Assembly: GCA_964016885.1 (NCBI GenBank)
Contig: OZ024745.1
Span: 107,756,001 to 107,820,000 of the forward strand
Direction of reading: 5' to 3'
From: Eledone cirrhosa
Taxonomy: Eukaryota
DNA length: 64,000 bases
The notes under the pieces are model-generated. The model was given only the letters and a program-made list of their open reading frames with translations, did not search any database and was not told the origin of the DNA. The position numbers and the translations under genes are program-made. This document shows positions 29,126 through 45,536 of this stretch, in pieces (position 1 is the stretch's first letter; each line of letters opens with the position of its first letter).

Positions 29126-29589
29126 ATGATGGTTATATACATTTGTACATACACATGTGCGCATGACTAAAAAATATATAAGGAATTTCGATTACGCGTA
29201 TGGATATCTTTAAAAGATAAGTTTTTCTGTATTTAACAAGAATTAATTTTCTTTTTCAAGTTCTTTGAATTCTTCCTTTAACCAAGAAAATCGTTTCTCA
29301 ACATTAGATTTTGACAAGAATTAAATGGCGTATAGTTGTTTACTATCAGGTCACACCTGGTTAAGAAAAGCTATGATCAACGTCATTCCAATCAAACTAT
29401 CTCGTCATTTTTCTATGCACAGTAAACTGGCTATGACATTATCTTATGTGACATATTTCTAAGGATGTGGTGTATCATGTTAAAGAGTCCCTTCAAGTAT
29501 TCATGATCGCTATTTGAATATCTATCAGACCCTTATTTATAAATTTATAAATGACTCTTTAACATCTACTAGCTTCGTATTTTCCTCAT

Positions 29590-29651
<62 letters not shown>

Positions 29652-29687
29652 TATAAATATTAATAAAATAGATTTTTTCTTTTGATC

Positions 29688-29752
29688 AATTACATTTTAT
29701 TATACATATTTCGGATGTACAACAGTACGTCCTCATCAGACAAAATATAATT
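29688..29752 (-). ncRNA. Type I hammerhead, canonical core, AUA site
   Basis: Reverse complement reads aattatattttgt CTGATGA ggacgtac-tgtt-gtacatcc GAA-ATATGTAT-A ataaaatgtaatt; 13-bp helix I. Confidence 0.86.
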
Positions 29753-30080
29753 ATACATGACATACCCTGAGATGTTAAATGGTTAAGATTTAATGAAGGT
29801 AGTGATTAACCTAAGAGAAAATTTAACATATATAGCCAAATTATGAGAAAATGCGAAAACGTAATAAATTCATTAGAGAATGTGTGAGTAAGAAAAACGT
29901 TGCTTAATGTAACTGTTCTAGAGATTTTAAAATGTATGATACCTCGATATATCTAGGAAAACATCTCATGAATCATAACAGCCAGTGATAGCCACTGGAA
30001 AAGGATTTATATAGAGGGAAAGATAAGGGGGGGGGGATATATGCAGAAGGAGATTTTTTCCGAAAGTTAAACGGTTAAAT

Positions 30081-30155
<75 letters not shown>

Positions 30156-30156
<1 letters not shown>

Positions 30157-30462
30157 CCAAAGATTAATATGGTTCATTGATTACTCAATGAATACAGTTT
30201 TACAATAGATTAAAAGCACTCAACAAATAAATATTTCTGGAGTTTTAATATTATTCAAAATATTAACAAATGAAGATATTCGCATAATCAAAATATATAC
30301 TTTATTATTTATATTTCGAAGGTACTGTGTTGTTGTTTTTTTCCAGTACTGTTTTTTTTTCGTACTGGAAAAAAAGACAACACAGTACCTTCGAAATATA
30401 TATAATAAAGCATATATTTTGATTATGTGAATTTCTTCATTTTTTAATATTTTGAATAATAT
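30156..30462 (-). mobile_element. Fold-back element with partial hammerhead (helix II plus GAAATATATATA)
   Basis: Arms 30248-30349 and 30362-30462; tail 30156-30247; (TA)n flanks. Confidence 0.75.
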
Positions 30463-30467
30463 ATATA

Positions 30468-30561
<94 letters not shown>

Positions 30562-30625
30562 AGGTAAAACTTGAACCGTTAAGTTCTCATTCCTGGATAT
30601 GTCAATATTTATAAAACAAACTTTG

Positions 30626-30686
30626 TATTTTATCTGATGAGTGCGTACCAAAGTTTTGGTACCCTTGAAATATATATAATAGAATA
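30626..30686 (+). ncRNA. Type I hammerhead, AUA at 30678
   Basis: tattttat CTGATGA gtgc-gtaccaa-agtt-ttggtac-cctt GAA-ATATATAT-A atagaata; distal helix I extension 30605-30617/30693-30705. Confidence 0.78.
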
Positions 30687-30737
30687 AATATGGTTTTATA
30701 AATATAGTTTCCATTTATTAATATCATTGATATATAT

Positions 30738-30790
<53 letters not shown>

Positions 30791-30818
30791 GTTTGTAAAG
30801 AAGGAATTTCATATTAAT

Positions 30819-30904
30819 ATGTTATAAGTTTCACAGAGGATAATCTCGAGAGTTATATCGATGGGATAGACCTGACTCCATCATCGATCTGTTCTTCAGA
30901 CCTG
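30819..30904 (-). ncRNA. Degenerate hammerhead with branched helix II
   Basis: Reverse complement: CTGAAGA acag...ctgt GAAAC; helices I and III are poor. Confidence 0.4.
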
Positions 30905-31103
30905 TGAACATGAGTCCATGTGTCAGAGAAGCAACACGTTTAATATATACACTCTGCTAGAGCATCGGATGATCGAAGTGGTACCATCTCCGATAATCAA
31001 CAATATTACTGAATTACTGAATAAACTACAAGATATGTGTGGGTATATGTATGGTGTATGTATATATGTATATTTGAATATACATGTATATATATATATA
31101 AAC

Positions 31104-31914
<811 letters not shown>

Positions 31915-32031
31915 TTTGTGCGTGGGAAGTACAGTGAAATACTGGTGTTGGTACCAAATCAAGCACTCTATGCTTATAACAGAAAAACGAAACTTCCTCT
32001 TTTATATATTTATATGTGTGCATGAGTGTGT

Positions 32032-32086
<55 letters not shown>

Positions 32087-32091
<5 letters not shown>

Positions 32092-32235
32092 TTCAATCGG
32101 AGGTAACCACAGTAAGGTACTCAAAACGTAGCAGAGTATAGATATTTAATATAGAAATGGCTTCTACAGGACTAGAACTGTTTCGTTCGAAGGAAATCAT
32201 CACTTCTAGTCCTGTAGAAGGCATTTCTATAGTAA

Positions 32236-32238
<3 letters not shown>
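32087..32238 (-). mobile_element. Short fold-back element, hammerhead cut at C3
   Basis: Arms tatagaaatggcttctacaggactagaa / ttctagtcctgtagaaggcatttctata; reverse complement TGATGA..GAAAC lies between them. Confidence 0.65.
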
Positions 32239-32300
<62 letters not shown>

Positions 32301-32304
<4 letters not shown>

Positions 32305-32480
32305 AACGAGTAGGACCCCGACGGCTGAGCTCAAGCCGTTTCGACGGCTAATTCTGGACTAAATGAACATTTTTATCCTGGTATAGGGTCCTACTCGATC
32401 CTATTACCCACTCTACTACCCTAAGTATTGAGTACTTTGGTGCGTTATGGTCCACTTGGTACCTTACCACATTTCCTTCG

Positions 32481-32482
<2 letters not shown>
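32301..32482 (+). mobile_element. Family B fold-back fragment
   Basis: Inverted partial HHR, then gggtcctactcg...tail...ccttcgt(TA)n. Confidence 0.85.
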
Positions 32483-32557
<75 letters not shown>

Positions 32558-32564
<7 letters not shown>

Positions 32565-32927
32565 AGATCAAAAGATGGTTAAAGGAGTTCAATATATTTT
32601 ATTATGCGCATTTCAAAAAGAACATCATCAAACAATAATATTTGTGTTTTCATCAGATAAAACAGGAGAACAGATATGTTGATTTAAAACTGCACTATCA
32701 ACAAGTGTTTTTTTAGCCTTCATATCATGTTCTCCTGTTTTATCTGATGAAAACACAAATATTATTGTTTGATGATGTTTGTTTTTGAAATGCGCATAAT
32801 AAAATATATTGAACTCCTTTAACCATCTTTTGATCTTATATTATGCATACTCCAGTCCCACAAACTGTAGAGTGCTTCTTATCCGATATCTGCATTGCTT
32901 TATTGTACTACAATAAAACTCACCTCC

Positions 32928-32931
<4 letters not shown>
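32558..32931 (+). mobile_element. Family C element with hammerheads at 32596-32663 (minus) and 32737-32805 (plus)
   Basis: Near identical to 15009-15374 with the spacer in opposite orientation. Confidence 0.88.
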
Positions 32932-32971
<40 letters not shown>

Positions 32972-32975
<4 letters not shown>

Positions 32976-33164
32976 AAAATGTTTAACCCCGGCGGCAGAG
33001 CTCAAGCCATTCGACGGCTATTTCTGGAGTCCAGAAATAGCCGTCGAAACGGCTTGAGCTCTGCCGTCGGGGTCATACTTTTTCCTATTACCCACTCTAC
33101 TACTCTACTTATTGAGTACTATGCTGCGTTATGGTCCATCTGGTTCCTTACCACACTTCCTTCG

Positions 33165-33166
<2 letters not shown>
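32972..33166 (+). mobile_element. Family B fold-back fragment
   Basis: Hairpin centred at tctgga-g-tccaga (~33029), then tail. Confidence 0.85.
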
Positions 33167-33209
<43 letters not shown>

Positions 33210-33448
33210 TAAAATGATTCATACGCTGACACACTGTCGGTAATAATATACATATTTTCATTTCAGTTATACCTATTCTATTTTCACAAACATTAAATAT
33301 TGAATCAGAAAAGAATCACGACTCTTATAATATATTGATATATAGATAAATACATAATTACAAATAGATCACTAATTTCATTTTATATCTCTATTCCAAT
33401 GATTCCATATTATACCATATGTATATAAATATGTATGAATATATATAA

Positions 33449-33515
<67 letters not shown>

Positions 33516-33614
33516 TATATATATTCATACATATTTATATATATATATATATGTATATATGTATACACACATACACACATATATATATATATATAGATAT
33601 ATATATAGAGAGAG

Positions 33615-33661
<47 letters not shown>

Positions 33662-33782
33662 CATATATATATATATATGTTTATATATATTCATACATAT
33701 TTATATATATATATATATGTATATATGTATACACACATACACACACATATATATATATATATAGATATATATATAGAGAGAG

Positions 33783-35373
<1,591 letters not shown>

Positions 35374-35422
35374 ATATACATATATATTTATATATATACA
35401 TGCATACATACATGCATGCATA

Positions 35423-35563
<141 letters not shown>

Positions 35564-35999
35564 ACATACACGATGGCTGCAAACTCTGCTAAGAGTATTG
35601 CAATCGTTTGTCAGATTACAGAAAATGGCGCACTTTTAGGCTACAGCCAGCCACACGACCTGTAGCATATCCTATACAAGCAATGCCTGTGTTTTGAAGG
35701 TTTTTTAAGTGGATAAAGGCCTTGCTCTCGACCAATCCCACTCTCTGAGCATCAAAAACACTACCCGAAAAGGTGAACGGGTCAACATCATCAAATGCTT
35801 CCGAAGTCGCAGGTTTTTTTTGGTTTTTTTAGAGTTTCCTTCTCTTAGAAAGGTGTTGTGACAACAACTGGGAGCCTTTCACATACATATGTACGTACTT
35901 TTATATATACAAACATACATACATAATATAATAATATAATTGGCTGCTTGCAATAGAATGTTGTTTTAAAGGAAACTTGCAGTTTCACATCTTTTCTTT

Positions 36000-36630
36000 A
36001 CAAAAACAACAGGCACAAAGACACAAACATAACAACCAAACAACAACAAAACACACCAACATAACAACCAAACCACAAAACACACCGACATAACAACCAA
36101 ACAACAAAACACACCGACATAACAAGCAAACAACAACAAAACACACCAACATAACAACCAAACAACAAAACACACCAACATAACAACCAAACAACAACAA
36201 AACACACCAACATAACAACCATACAACAACAAAACACACTAACATAACCAAACAACAAAACACACCGACATAACAACCAAACAACAACAAACACACCAAC
36301 ATAACAACCAAACAACAACAAAACACACCGACATAACAACCAAACAACAACAAAACACACCAACATAACAACCAAACAACAACAAAACACACTAACATAA
36401 CAACCAAACAACAAAACACACCAACATAACAACAAAACACACTAACATAACAACCAAACAACAAAACACACCAACATAACAACAAAACACACCAACATAA
36501 CAACCAAACAACAACAAACACACCAACATAACAACCAAACAACAACAAACACACCGACATAACAACCAAACAACAAAACACACCAACATAACAACAAAAC
36601 ACACCAACATAACAACAAAACACACCAACA
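36000..36630. repeat. AC-rich minisatellite, ~30-33-bp unit
   Basis: aaaacacaccaacataacaaccaaacaacaac repeated. Confidence 0.9.
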
Positions 36631-36749
36631 GAAGGAAATTAAAATTACTATAACAATATTTATACATCAAGTTATTTTATATATATACCTTTATTTTTTG
36701 GCATCACAATTTTTTCCTCATCTATCTTAACGTTATTGTAAATGTCGTC

Positions 36750-37518
36750 TTTGTTGTTGTTGTTGTTGTTATCGCTGCAGTTGTTGTTATCGTTGTTGTT
36801 GTTGTTGTTGTTGTTGTTGTTATTGCTGCTGTTGTTGTTGTTATCGTTGTTGTTGTTCTTGTCGTTAATGTTGTTGTTATCGTTATAGCTGTTGTTGTTG
36901 TCGTTGATGTTGTTATCGTTGTAGTTGTTGTTATTGCTGCAATTGTTGTTGTTATCGATGTAGTTGTTGCTATTGCTGCTGTTGTTGTTGTTATCGCTGT
37001 AGCTGTTGTTGTTATCGTTGTAGTTGTTATTGCTGCAGTTGTTGTTGTTATTGTCGTTGTCGTTGCTGTTGTTATCGTTGTAGTTGTTGTTATTGCTGCA
37101 GTTGTAGTTGTTGTTATTACTGCTGTTGTTGTTGTTGTTGTTGTTGTTATTGTTGTTGTCGTTGATGTTGTTGTCGTTATCGTTGGCGTTGATGTTATTG
37201 TTGTTGTTGTTGTTGTTATTATTGTTGTTGATGTTATCGTTGTAGTTGTTATTGCTGCTGTTGTTGTTGTTGTTGTTGTTGTTAGTGCTGTTGTCGTTGA
37301 TATTGTTGTTGTTATCGTTGGCGTTGATGTTGTTGTTGTTGTTGTTATTGTCGTTATTGTTGTTGATGTTGTCGTTGTTGTTATTATTGTAGATGCTGTT
37401 GCCGTTATTGTTGATGTTGTTGTCGTTGTTGTTATTGCTGCTGTTGTTGTTGTTATTGTTGTTTTCGTTGATGTTGTTGTTGTTGTTGTTGTCTTTGTTG
37501 ATGTTGTTATTGTTGTAG
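36750..37518. repeat. Degenerate (GTT)n tract
   Basis: Gives the poly-Asn ORF artefact. Confidence 0.9.
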
Positions 37519-37522
37519 TGAA

Positions 37523-37668
37523 TAGGGCGGTGAACTGGCAGTATCGGACGCCATGCTTTGACGCATCGAGTTACGGCCCATGCCATTCTGAATTCAAATC
37601 CCGCCGAGGTTAACTTTGCCTTTAATCCTTACAGGGGTCTATAAAATGAGGTACCAGTAATGTACTGA
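37523..37668 (+). mobile_element. SINE-1
   Basis: tggcagtatcgg...gaattcaaatcccgccgaggttaactttgcc. Confidence 0.82.
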
Positions 37669-37679
37669 GGTACATTAAA

Positions 37680-38090
37680 TTATTGCTATTATAGTTACTA
37701 TTGTTGCTGGTACTACTGTTGATATTGTCGTTGTTGTTATTGTTGTTATTATAGCTACTATTGTTGCTGGTACTACTGTTGATATTGTCCTTGTTGTTGT
37801 TGTTGCTATTATAGCTACTATTGTTGCTGGTACTACTGTTGATATTGTCGTTGTTGTTGTTATTGCTATTATAGCTACTATTGCTGCTGGTACTACTGTT
37901 GATATTGTCGTTGTTGTTGTTGTTGCTATTATAGCTACTATTGTTGCTGGTACTACTGTTGATATTGTAGTTGTTGTTGTTGTTGCTATTATAGTAGCTA
38001 TTGCTGCTGGTACTACTGTTGATATTGTCGTTGTTGTTGTTATTGTTGCTATTATAGCTACTATTGCTGCTGTTACTACTGCTGTTATTG
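37680..38090. repeat. 60-bp tandem repeat, about 6.5 copies
   Basis: Successive 60-nt lines are near identical (tattatagctactattgttgctggtactactgttgatattgtc). Confidence 0.93.
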
Positions 38091-38247
38091 TTATGGCTGA
38101 TGAAGTATTTTGCTGTAATTTCCTTATAATGCGTTTATTTTCAAATAATTTTTTTCTATATTCCAATTGTTTTCTTTTTAAATGTAATTTTGGTTCAGAT
38201 TTTCATTTATTTCATTAATAACATATACTTTATCTTTTGATTTCGTG

Positions 38248-38406
<159 letters not shown>

Positions 38407-38485
38407 GTATATATATACGTATAAGTATATATATACATAAATACATACGTTTAAGTATATATATACATATATTTATTTATATACC

Positions 38486-38519
<34 letters not shown>

Positions 38520-38564
38520 CATATATTTATTTATATACCTATATATATATATACATATATATAC

Positions 38565-38640
<76 letters not shown>

Positions 38641-39275
38641 GTTTATATGTATACCTCTACATATATATATATAAATATAGATAGATAGATATATAGATAG
38701 ATAGATACCTATACATTATTGTCTGTTTATTTCTATATTTATTTTTGTCTATTTTTTTGTTTCATTTTTTTCCGGGAGGGTTAGGTTTGAGGTTGGTGGG
38801 AAAAAAAGGGTTATATATATTACTATTCGAAATTATGTTTGTAATATTTATTGTTGATATATATATTAAATGCTCTTTTTGTTTTCATACTTATCTTTAT
38901 TCTCACCACTGTTCTTATTGTTTTAGGTCGTGGTAGTGTTGTAGTTATTATAGCTGTTGATTATTTTTTTGCAGAGGGTGTGGGTGAGTTTATTGTTGTT
39001 TCTATGGTTGTAATTTATATTTTTTGTTATTTTTTTATTTTATATTTTATTTCCTGTAGTTTTAGGGTTCCCTAAGTTTATTTTCTCATTTCATTATTTC
39101 AATTTCGAAAATACGTAAAAAAGAACAGGAAAAACGAAAGAGACAACGACTCTCGGATAAGAAGTGACAAATTCAGAATAAATTAAATCTAGTTACATGA
39201 AAAAGAAAATGAAGGGTGGAGTAGGGGATTTAAAACAATATATACATATTATTATATACCATTTATATATTTATG

Positions 39276-39313
<38 letters not shown>

Positions 39314-39467
39314 CGGATGGGTGTGTGTGCGTGTGTATACATATATATATATATATATATGTGTATATGTGTGTATGTGTGTGTGTGTATATTTGTGTAC
39401 ATATATACATATATATATACATATATATACATATATATATATATATTTATATATATATATATGTATA

Positions 39468-39525
<58 letters not shown>

Positions 39526-39528
<3 letters not shown>

Positions 39529-40113
39529 GTGGAACACTGGAAGGTAATATCCGTAGTGGTAGAGCACTCAGTCCAAGGGACGAGTTAGGTAGAAGTGGTT
39601 ACACAACAGTTAGTTCACCATACCGAGAACAATTGTTTCACCTTAGCGGATCCTCAGCTCGTAATGGTCATGGTTATAAGAACAGGAAGGACAACCGTAC
39701 GAACGCACATGCGCAGAAACGCGGTCACTTCACACAGGCAATACTAGACTGCGTGCGAGAGGTTAAAGGGAGTAACTGCGAAAGTCCGAAAAGTGTTTAG
39801 ATTGAAAATAAAATTACAAAGTATAAGTCCGGAGCCTTGTAGTTATGCAATATTTGGCGACGTGTGGACAACGTGTGAAAAATTCACTCCTCGTGTTTAG
39901 GCAATCACTATTGCGTAATCTCTTTAGAATAGTTATTCGTTCGTCAATACACGTCGGATTTCCCCTTACGTATGGCTTGGACTTAGTGATGCCTTTCCAT
40001 TGAATGGAGTAGCTATACTTGAGTCCTTGAGGGACCATACGTGGCTCCCTCAAGGACTCAAGTATAGACTAATCCATTCAATGGAAAGCCATCACTATGT
40101 CCAAGCCATACGC

Positions 40114-40116
<3 letters not shown>
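39526..40116 (-). mobile_element. 5'-truncated Penelope-like element: GIY-YIG C-terminus, hammerhead, tail, 5' snap-back
   Basis: ORF 39814-40053 YSIQWK..SKPY..C.DERITIL..CLNTRSEFFTRCPH; HHR 39617-39668; inverted arms 39965-40034 and 40046-40116. Confidence 0.82.
39617..39668 (-). ncRNA. Minimal type I hammerhead, GUU site
   Basis: Reverse complement: accattacgag CTGAGGA t-cc-gctaa-gg-t GAA-ACAATTGT-T ctcggtatggt. Confidence 0.78.
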
Positions 40117-40147
<31 letters not shown>

Positions 40148-40148
40148 T

Positions 40149-40245
<97 letters not shown>

Positions 40246-40362
40246 TGGATGGATGGATAGACGATCATATATATAATATACATAGTTACAGAAATCTATT
40301 TGCGTGATATATATATATACTTTTTACACTCTTTCTCACTCTCAATGTATATTTTATGATTG

Positions 40363-40497
<135 letters not shown>

Positions 40498-40519
40498 ACA
40501 TATAAATATATACATATAA

Positions 40520-40585
<66 letters not shown>

Positions 40586-40653
40586 ATAATATATACATAT
40601 AATATATATATATATTATATATATATATATATATATAATATATATATATATAT

Positions 40654-40682
<29 letters not shown>

Positions 40683-40684
<2 letters not shown>

Positions 40685-40874
40685 GGAACGAGTAGGACCC
40701 CGACGGCTGAGCTCAAGCCGTTCCGACGGCTAATTCTGGACTGAATTAGCCGTCGAAACGGCTTGAGCTCAGCCGTCGGGGTCCTACTCGTTCTTATTAC
40801 ACACTCTACTAACCTAAGTATTGATACTTTGGTGCGTTATGGTCCACCTGGTTCCTTACCACATTTCCTTCGTT
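40683..40874 (+). mobile_element. Family B fold-back fragment
   Basis: Hairpin centred at ~40738 inside helix II, then tail. Confidence 0.85.
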
Positions 40875-40950
40875 ATATTATATATATATATATATTATAT
40901 ATATATTATATATATATATATATATTATATATATATAAATATATTATATA

Positions 40951-41042
<92 letters not shown>

Positions 41043-41160
41043 TATATACATTATATATATATATATACATTATATATATTTATATGTATACATACACACA
41101 TACATATATACATATATATATATATTTATTATATATATATATATATAATATATATATATA

Positions 41161-41549
<389 letters not shown>

Positions 41550-42015
41550 CAGATACATCATATTATATTAGCTGCAAAATTGCTGAATTATTTTTCTGTA
41601 TTCTGGAATAACATTTTGTGTTTATTTGGTTGTGAATTTGTATTAATATATATTTTTATTTTCAAATTTCTCTTTGCCCTAACATTTTATTTACAATCAA
41701 AAATACATTTACTTTCCTTTTTCCATAACATGTCCTTGCTTTTTCTTGTTATTGCTATTGTCATTGTTATATTGTCTTGTTATTGTTTATTGTGGTTGTT
41801 GCTGTATGGTGGCGGTAGTGGTGGTGGTGGTGGTGGTGGTGGTGGTGGTGGTGGTGGTGGTGGTGGTGGTGGTGGTGATTGTGGTGTTTCTAATATTGTT
41901 TTATTCTAGTATGTGCGTGCATATACATATATACATTCATGTATGTATGTGTGTCTTTATGCACTATGTATGTATATATATGTGTGTGTGTGTGTGTGTG
42001 TGAGTGTGTGTGTGT

Positions 42016-42063
<48 letters not shown>

Positions 42064-42108
42064 GGAAAGAGTGAGGGAAAGATTTATCTCTCTCTCTCTC
42101 TCTCTCTC

Positions 42109-42140
<32 letters not shown>

Positions 42141-42191
42141 CATACATACATATATATATATATACATATATACATATATATATACATATAC

Positions 42192-42226
<35 letters not shown>

Positions 42227-42448
42227 GGTATATATATACATATATATACCTATATACTTATACATATATATATGTGTATATATATATATATATAATGGGT
42301 GTATATAAAACATAAATGTATGTAAGTATATATGTGCAAGCATGTCTCTTATATATTATATATTGCATTTTTTTCAACTACCCTCCTTTCAGCCATGTAA
42401 TAATTTATTTAACTGTCATAACTCCAGTAAAAAGCAGTCACATAAAAT

Positions 42449-43035
<587 letters not shown>

Positions 43036-43399
43036 TAATAATAACAATTATTATTATTATTAACTTTGCCTTTCATCCTTAAGGGGTCGATAAAATAAAG
43101 TACCAGTAATGTACTGGGTAATTGCTGGCCTTGTGCCTAAAGTAGAAACAATTATTATTATTACTATTATTATGTACATGTGGTGGTAATATTGGTGGTA
43201 TTTGTGGTGGTGGTAGTGGTGGTGTTGTTGCTGTTGTTGCTGGTTGAGGTGGTGCTGGTGGGGGGTAATGGAAGGATGGCCGGTGGGGTCGGCGGTAACG
43301 GCTTCGCTGGTGGTGTTGGCATGGTTAATTATAACTGTTTAAACAGCCTACCATCTTCCATCCTCACCACATGACCAGCCACACATATCTACTTCATAA

Positions 43400-44395
43400 T
43401 AATCCTCCTTCCGTTTCTGGTGCTATCCGCTTTCTCTCTCAAGTACCGCAGCATCATGATGTGTGTAAGAGGACCACTTGATGTTGAGGACGTGTCATAT
43501 ACAATGCTGATGAAATCTTTTCAGCTGCCTGATATGATGCCTGTAAGTTGTCCACGTTTAAAATCCATATAGCAGGGCTGTGAGAACACAGGTCTCATAC
43601 ATAGACAGCCTTGTGCTTCTTGTGATAGCACGATCTGAGCGGGCTCTCTTCTCAAGCTTCCTAAAGGCAAGACTCGCTTTCGCAATTCTGTGATCTATTT
43701 CAGCATCGAGGGTACCATCTCTGCCAAGTGTAGTTCCCAGATACACAAAGTTGTCCACCACCTCAAGTCTCTTTCTTCTCACAAAAGTGTCTGGCTCCAC
43801 ATACTCTTCCCCCAACTGGTGAAGTGTACATGACCTCTGTCTTTTTTTATACTAATATTTAACCCAAACATAGTACATGCGTTGGCGAAGGTTCCTATAT
43901 CAATTGCATGCCCTCTACTGTGTGGGCCACAAAATCTGCATTATCAACATACAGGAACTACTTGACAAGAGTGCCAAATATTTTCAATTTGGAGTGAAAA
44001 CGTCTTTGATTAAAGACTTTGCCAAAGGTTCTAATTGGCAAGAATACACCAATTTCGAAGTCTTGGAAGACATGTCTGCAGCACGAAGTAGATGGAGGAC
44101 AGACTGTTGCCTTGCTAGACACCATTTTCCTCTGAAATTGGCTCTGAAAGTATCCCATTGGAGTTCACTTTTGCTTTCATATTGTGTTGGAGTTTTCCGA
44201 ATACACAACAAATTCATAAAGGCATCTAAGTTTCACCAATAGGACCCACAAAATGCACTACGATTAACAGTATCGAAGGCTTTGGTAAGGTCAACAATTA
44301 CTTGGTACAGTGCTCAACACACTTCTCCCAAAACTGACGGGCTGAAAAAATCATGTCCATAATACCCCGCCCAGCTCTGAATCCACACTTGGTTT
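43400..44395 (-). pseudogene. Degraded RTE-clade LINE reverse transcriptase fragment
   Basis: LEVVDNFVYLGTTL..DAEIDHRIAKASLAF..LLYG; reverse complement of ~44335-44390 reads CGFRAGRGIMDMIFSARQ. Confidence 0.85.
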
Positions 44396-44590
44396 CAACT
44401 GGATCAGCCGTAGATTTTCCCAGGTAAACATAAATAGGTTAAATAGATTAATAGGTCAAAATGAAACAAAAACAAATTTAAAGTATAAAAGTTAAAAGTT
44501 TACAAGTTTAAAAAAAAAACATACACCCAGCGTATGCAAACAAGCCCACACACATTTACACCCACATAATATATACATATATATACACTA

Positions 44591-44810
44591 TTGGATGGCC
44601 GTTGACTCTCAGGAGTACCTCCGCCCTTTGTCAGGTTTTGTTTTTCATACCGCAGGGTGTCCAATCACCATCCTCAACAAGCAACCTTTAGTCGCCAACG
44701 TCCCAACCATGTGACAGGTTGTACTGGGTTACATGCTACCAATAGTACCGTACGTACATACATACATACATACATACATACATACATACATACATACATA
44801 CATACATACA

Positions 44811-44843
<33 letters not shown>

Positions 44844-45450
44844 GGTGGCTGCCAGCTCGTTTTCGAGTACGGCCACTACTTTATATCCATGTAGGAGAAC
44901 CCTTACTGATGCGCTGAACGAATGTGACTTTTTAGTCCAGTCAGAGACATGAAAACTCTGGTACAAACACTACACTTGTGACAATTATTGACACATAGTG
45001 CTGGGCCGATGGTACCATGTGACAACAAGTGCAGAGAGATCTCCAGATATAAAGCAATCTCTGTGCCATGAAGCTTTTATAGTGAGCAAAGGCACTGCAC
45101 AAAGCCAGTCCCACTCTCTTAACCAAGATGATATTTACCAAAAAGAAGAACAAGTCAACATCATTGGATACCATCAGGGTTGCAGGTGTTATATCAGAGT
45201 TTTCCTTCTCCTAGAATTCTGCCTTGACAAAGGCTAAGGGGTCATCTCTCCCGGTGATTTTGGATGGCCATTGACTCTTAAGAGCTCCTTTGCCCTTTGA
45301 CAGGTTTTGTTTTTAGTCCTGCAGGATATCCAAAGTCACCCTCCTCACCAAGAAACCTTGGTGGGGTTGCCAGTTTAGTCGCCAACAAACCCGACCATGA
45401 GACAGGTTGTACTGGGATACATGTTACCAGTAGCACCAACTGGTGACCTG
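44591..45450. repeat. Two diverged copies of an interspersed repeat (44591-44750, 45260-45450), each followed by (TACA)n
   Basis: ttggatggcc.ttgactct...gccctttg.caggttttgtttt...gacaggttgtactggg.tacatg.tacca.tag.acc. Confidence 0.75.
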
Positions 45451-45536
45451 ACATACATACATACATACATACATACATACATACATACATACATACATAC
45501 ATACATACATACATACATACATACATACATACATAA

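Noticed and set aside
37680-38090. CRISPR-like periodicity
   Set aside because: No unique spacers, eukaryotic context, no cas genes.
36672-38166. Poly-Asn 304-aa ORF and Thr/Ile-rich 163-aa ORF
   Set aside because: Triplet and 60-bp tandem repeats; the first ORF starts inside a SINE.
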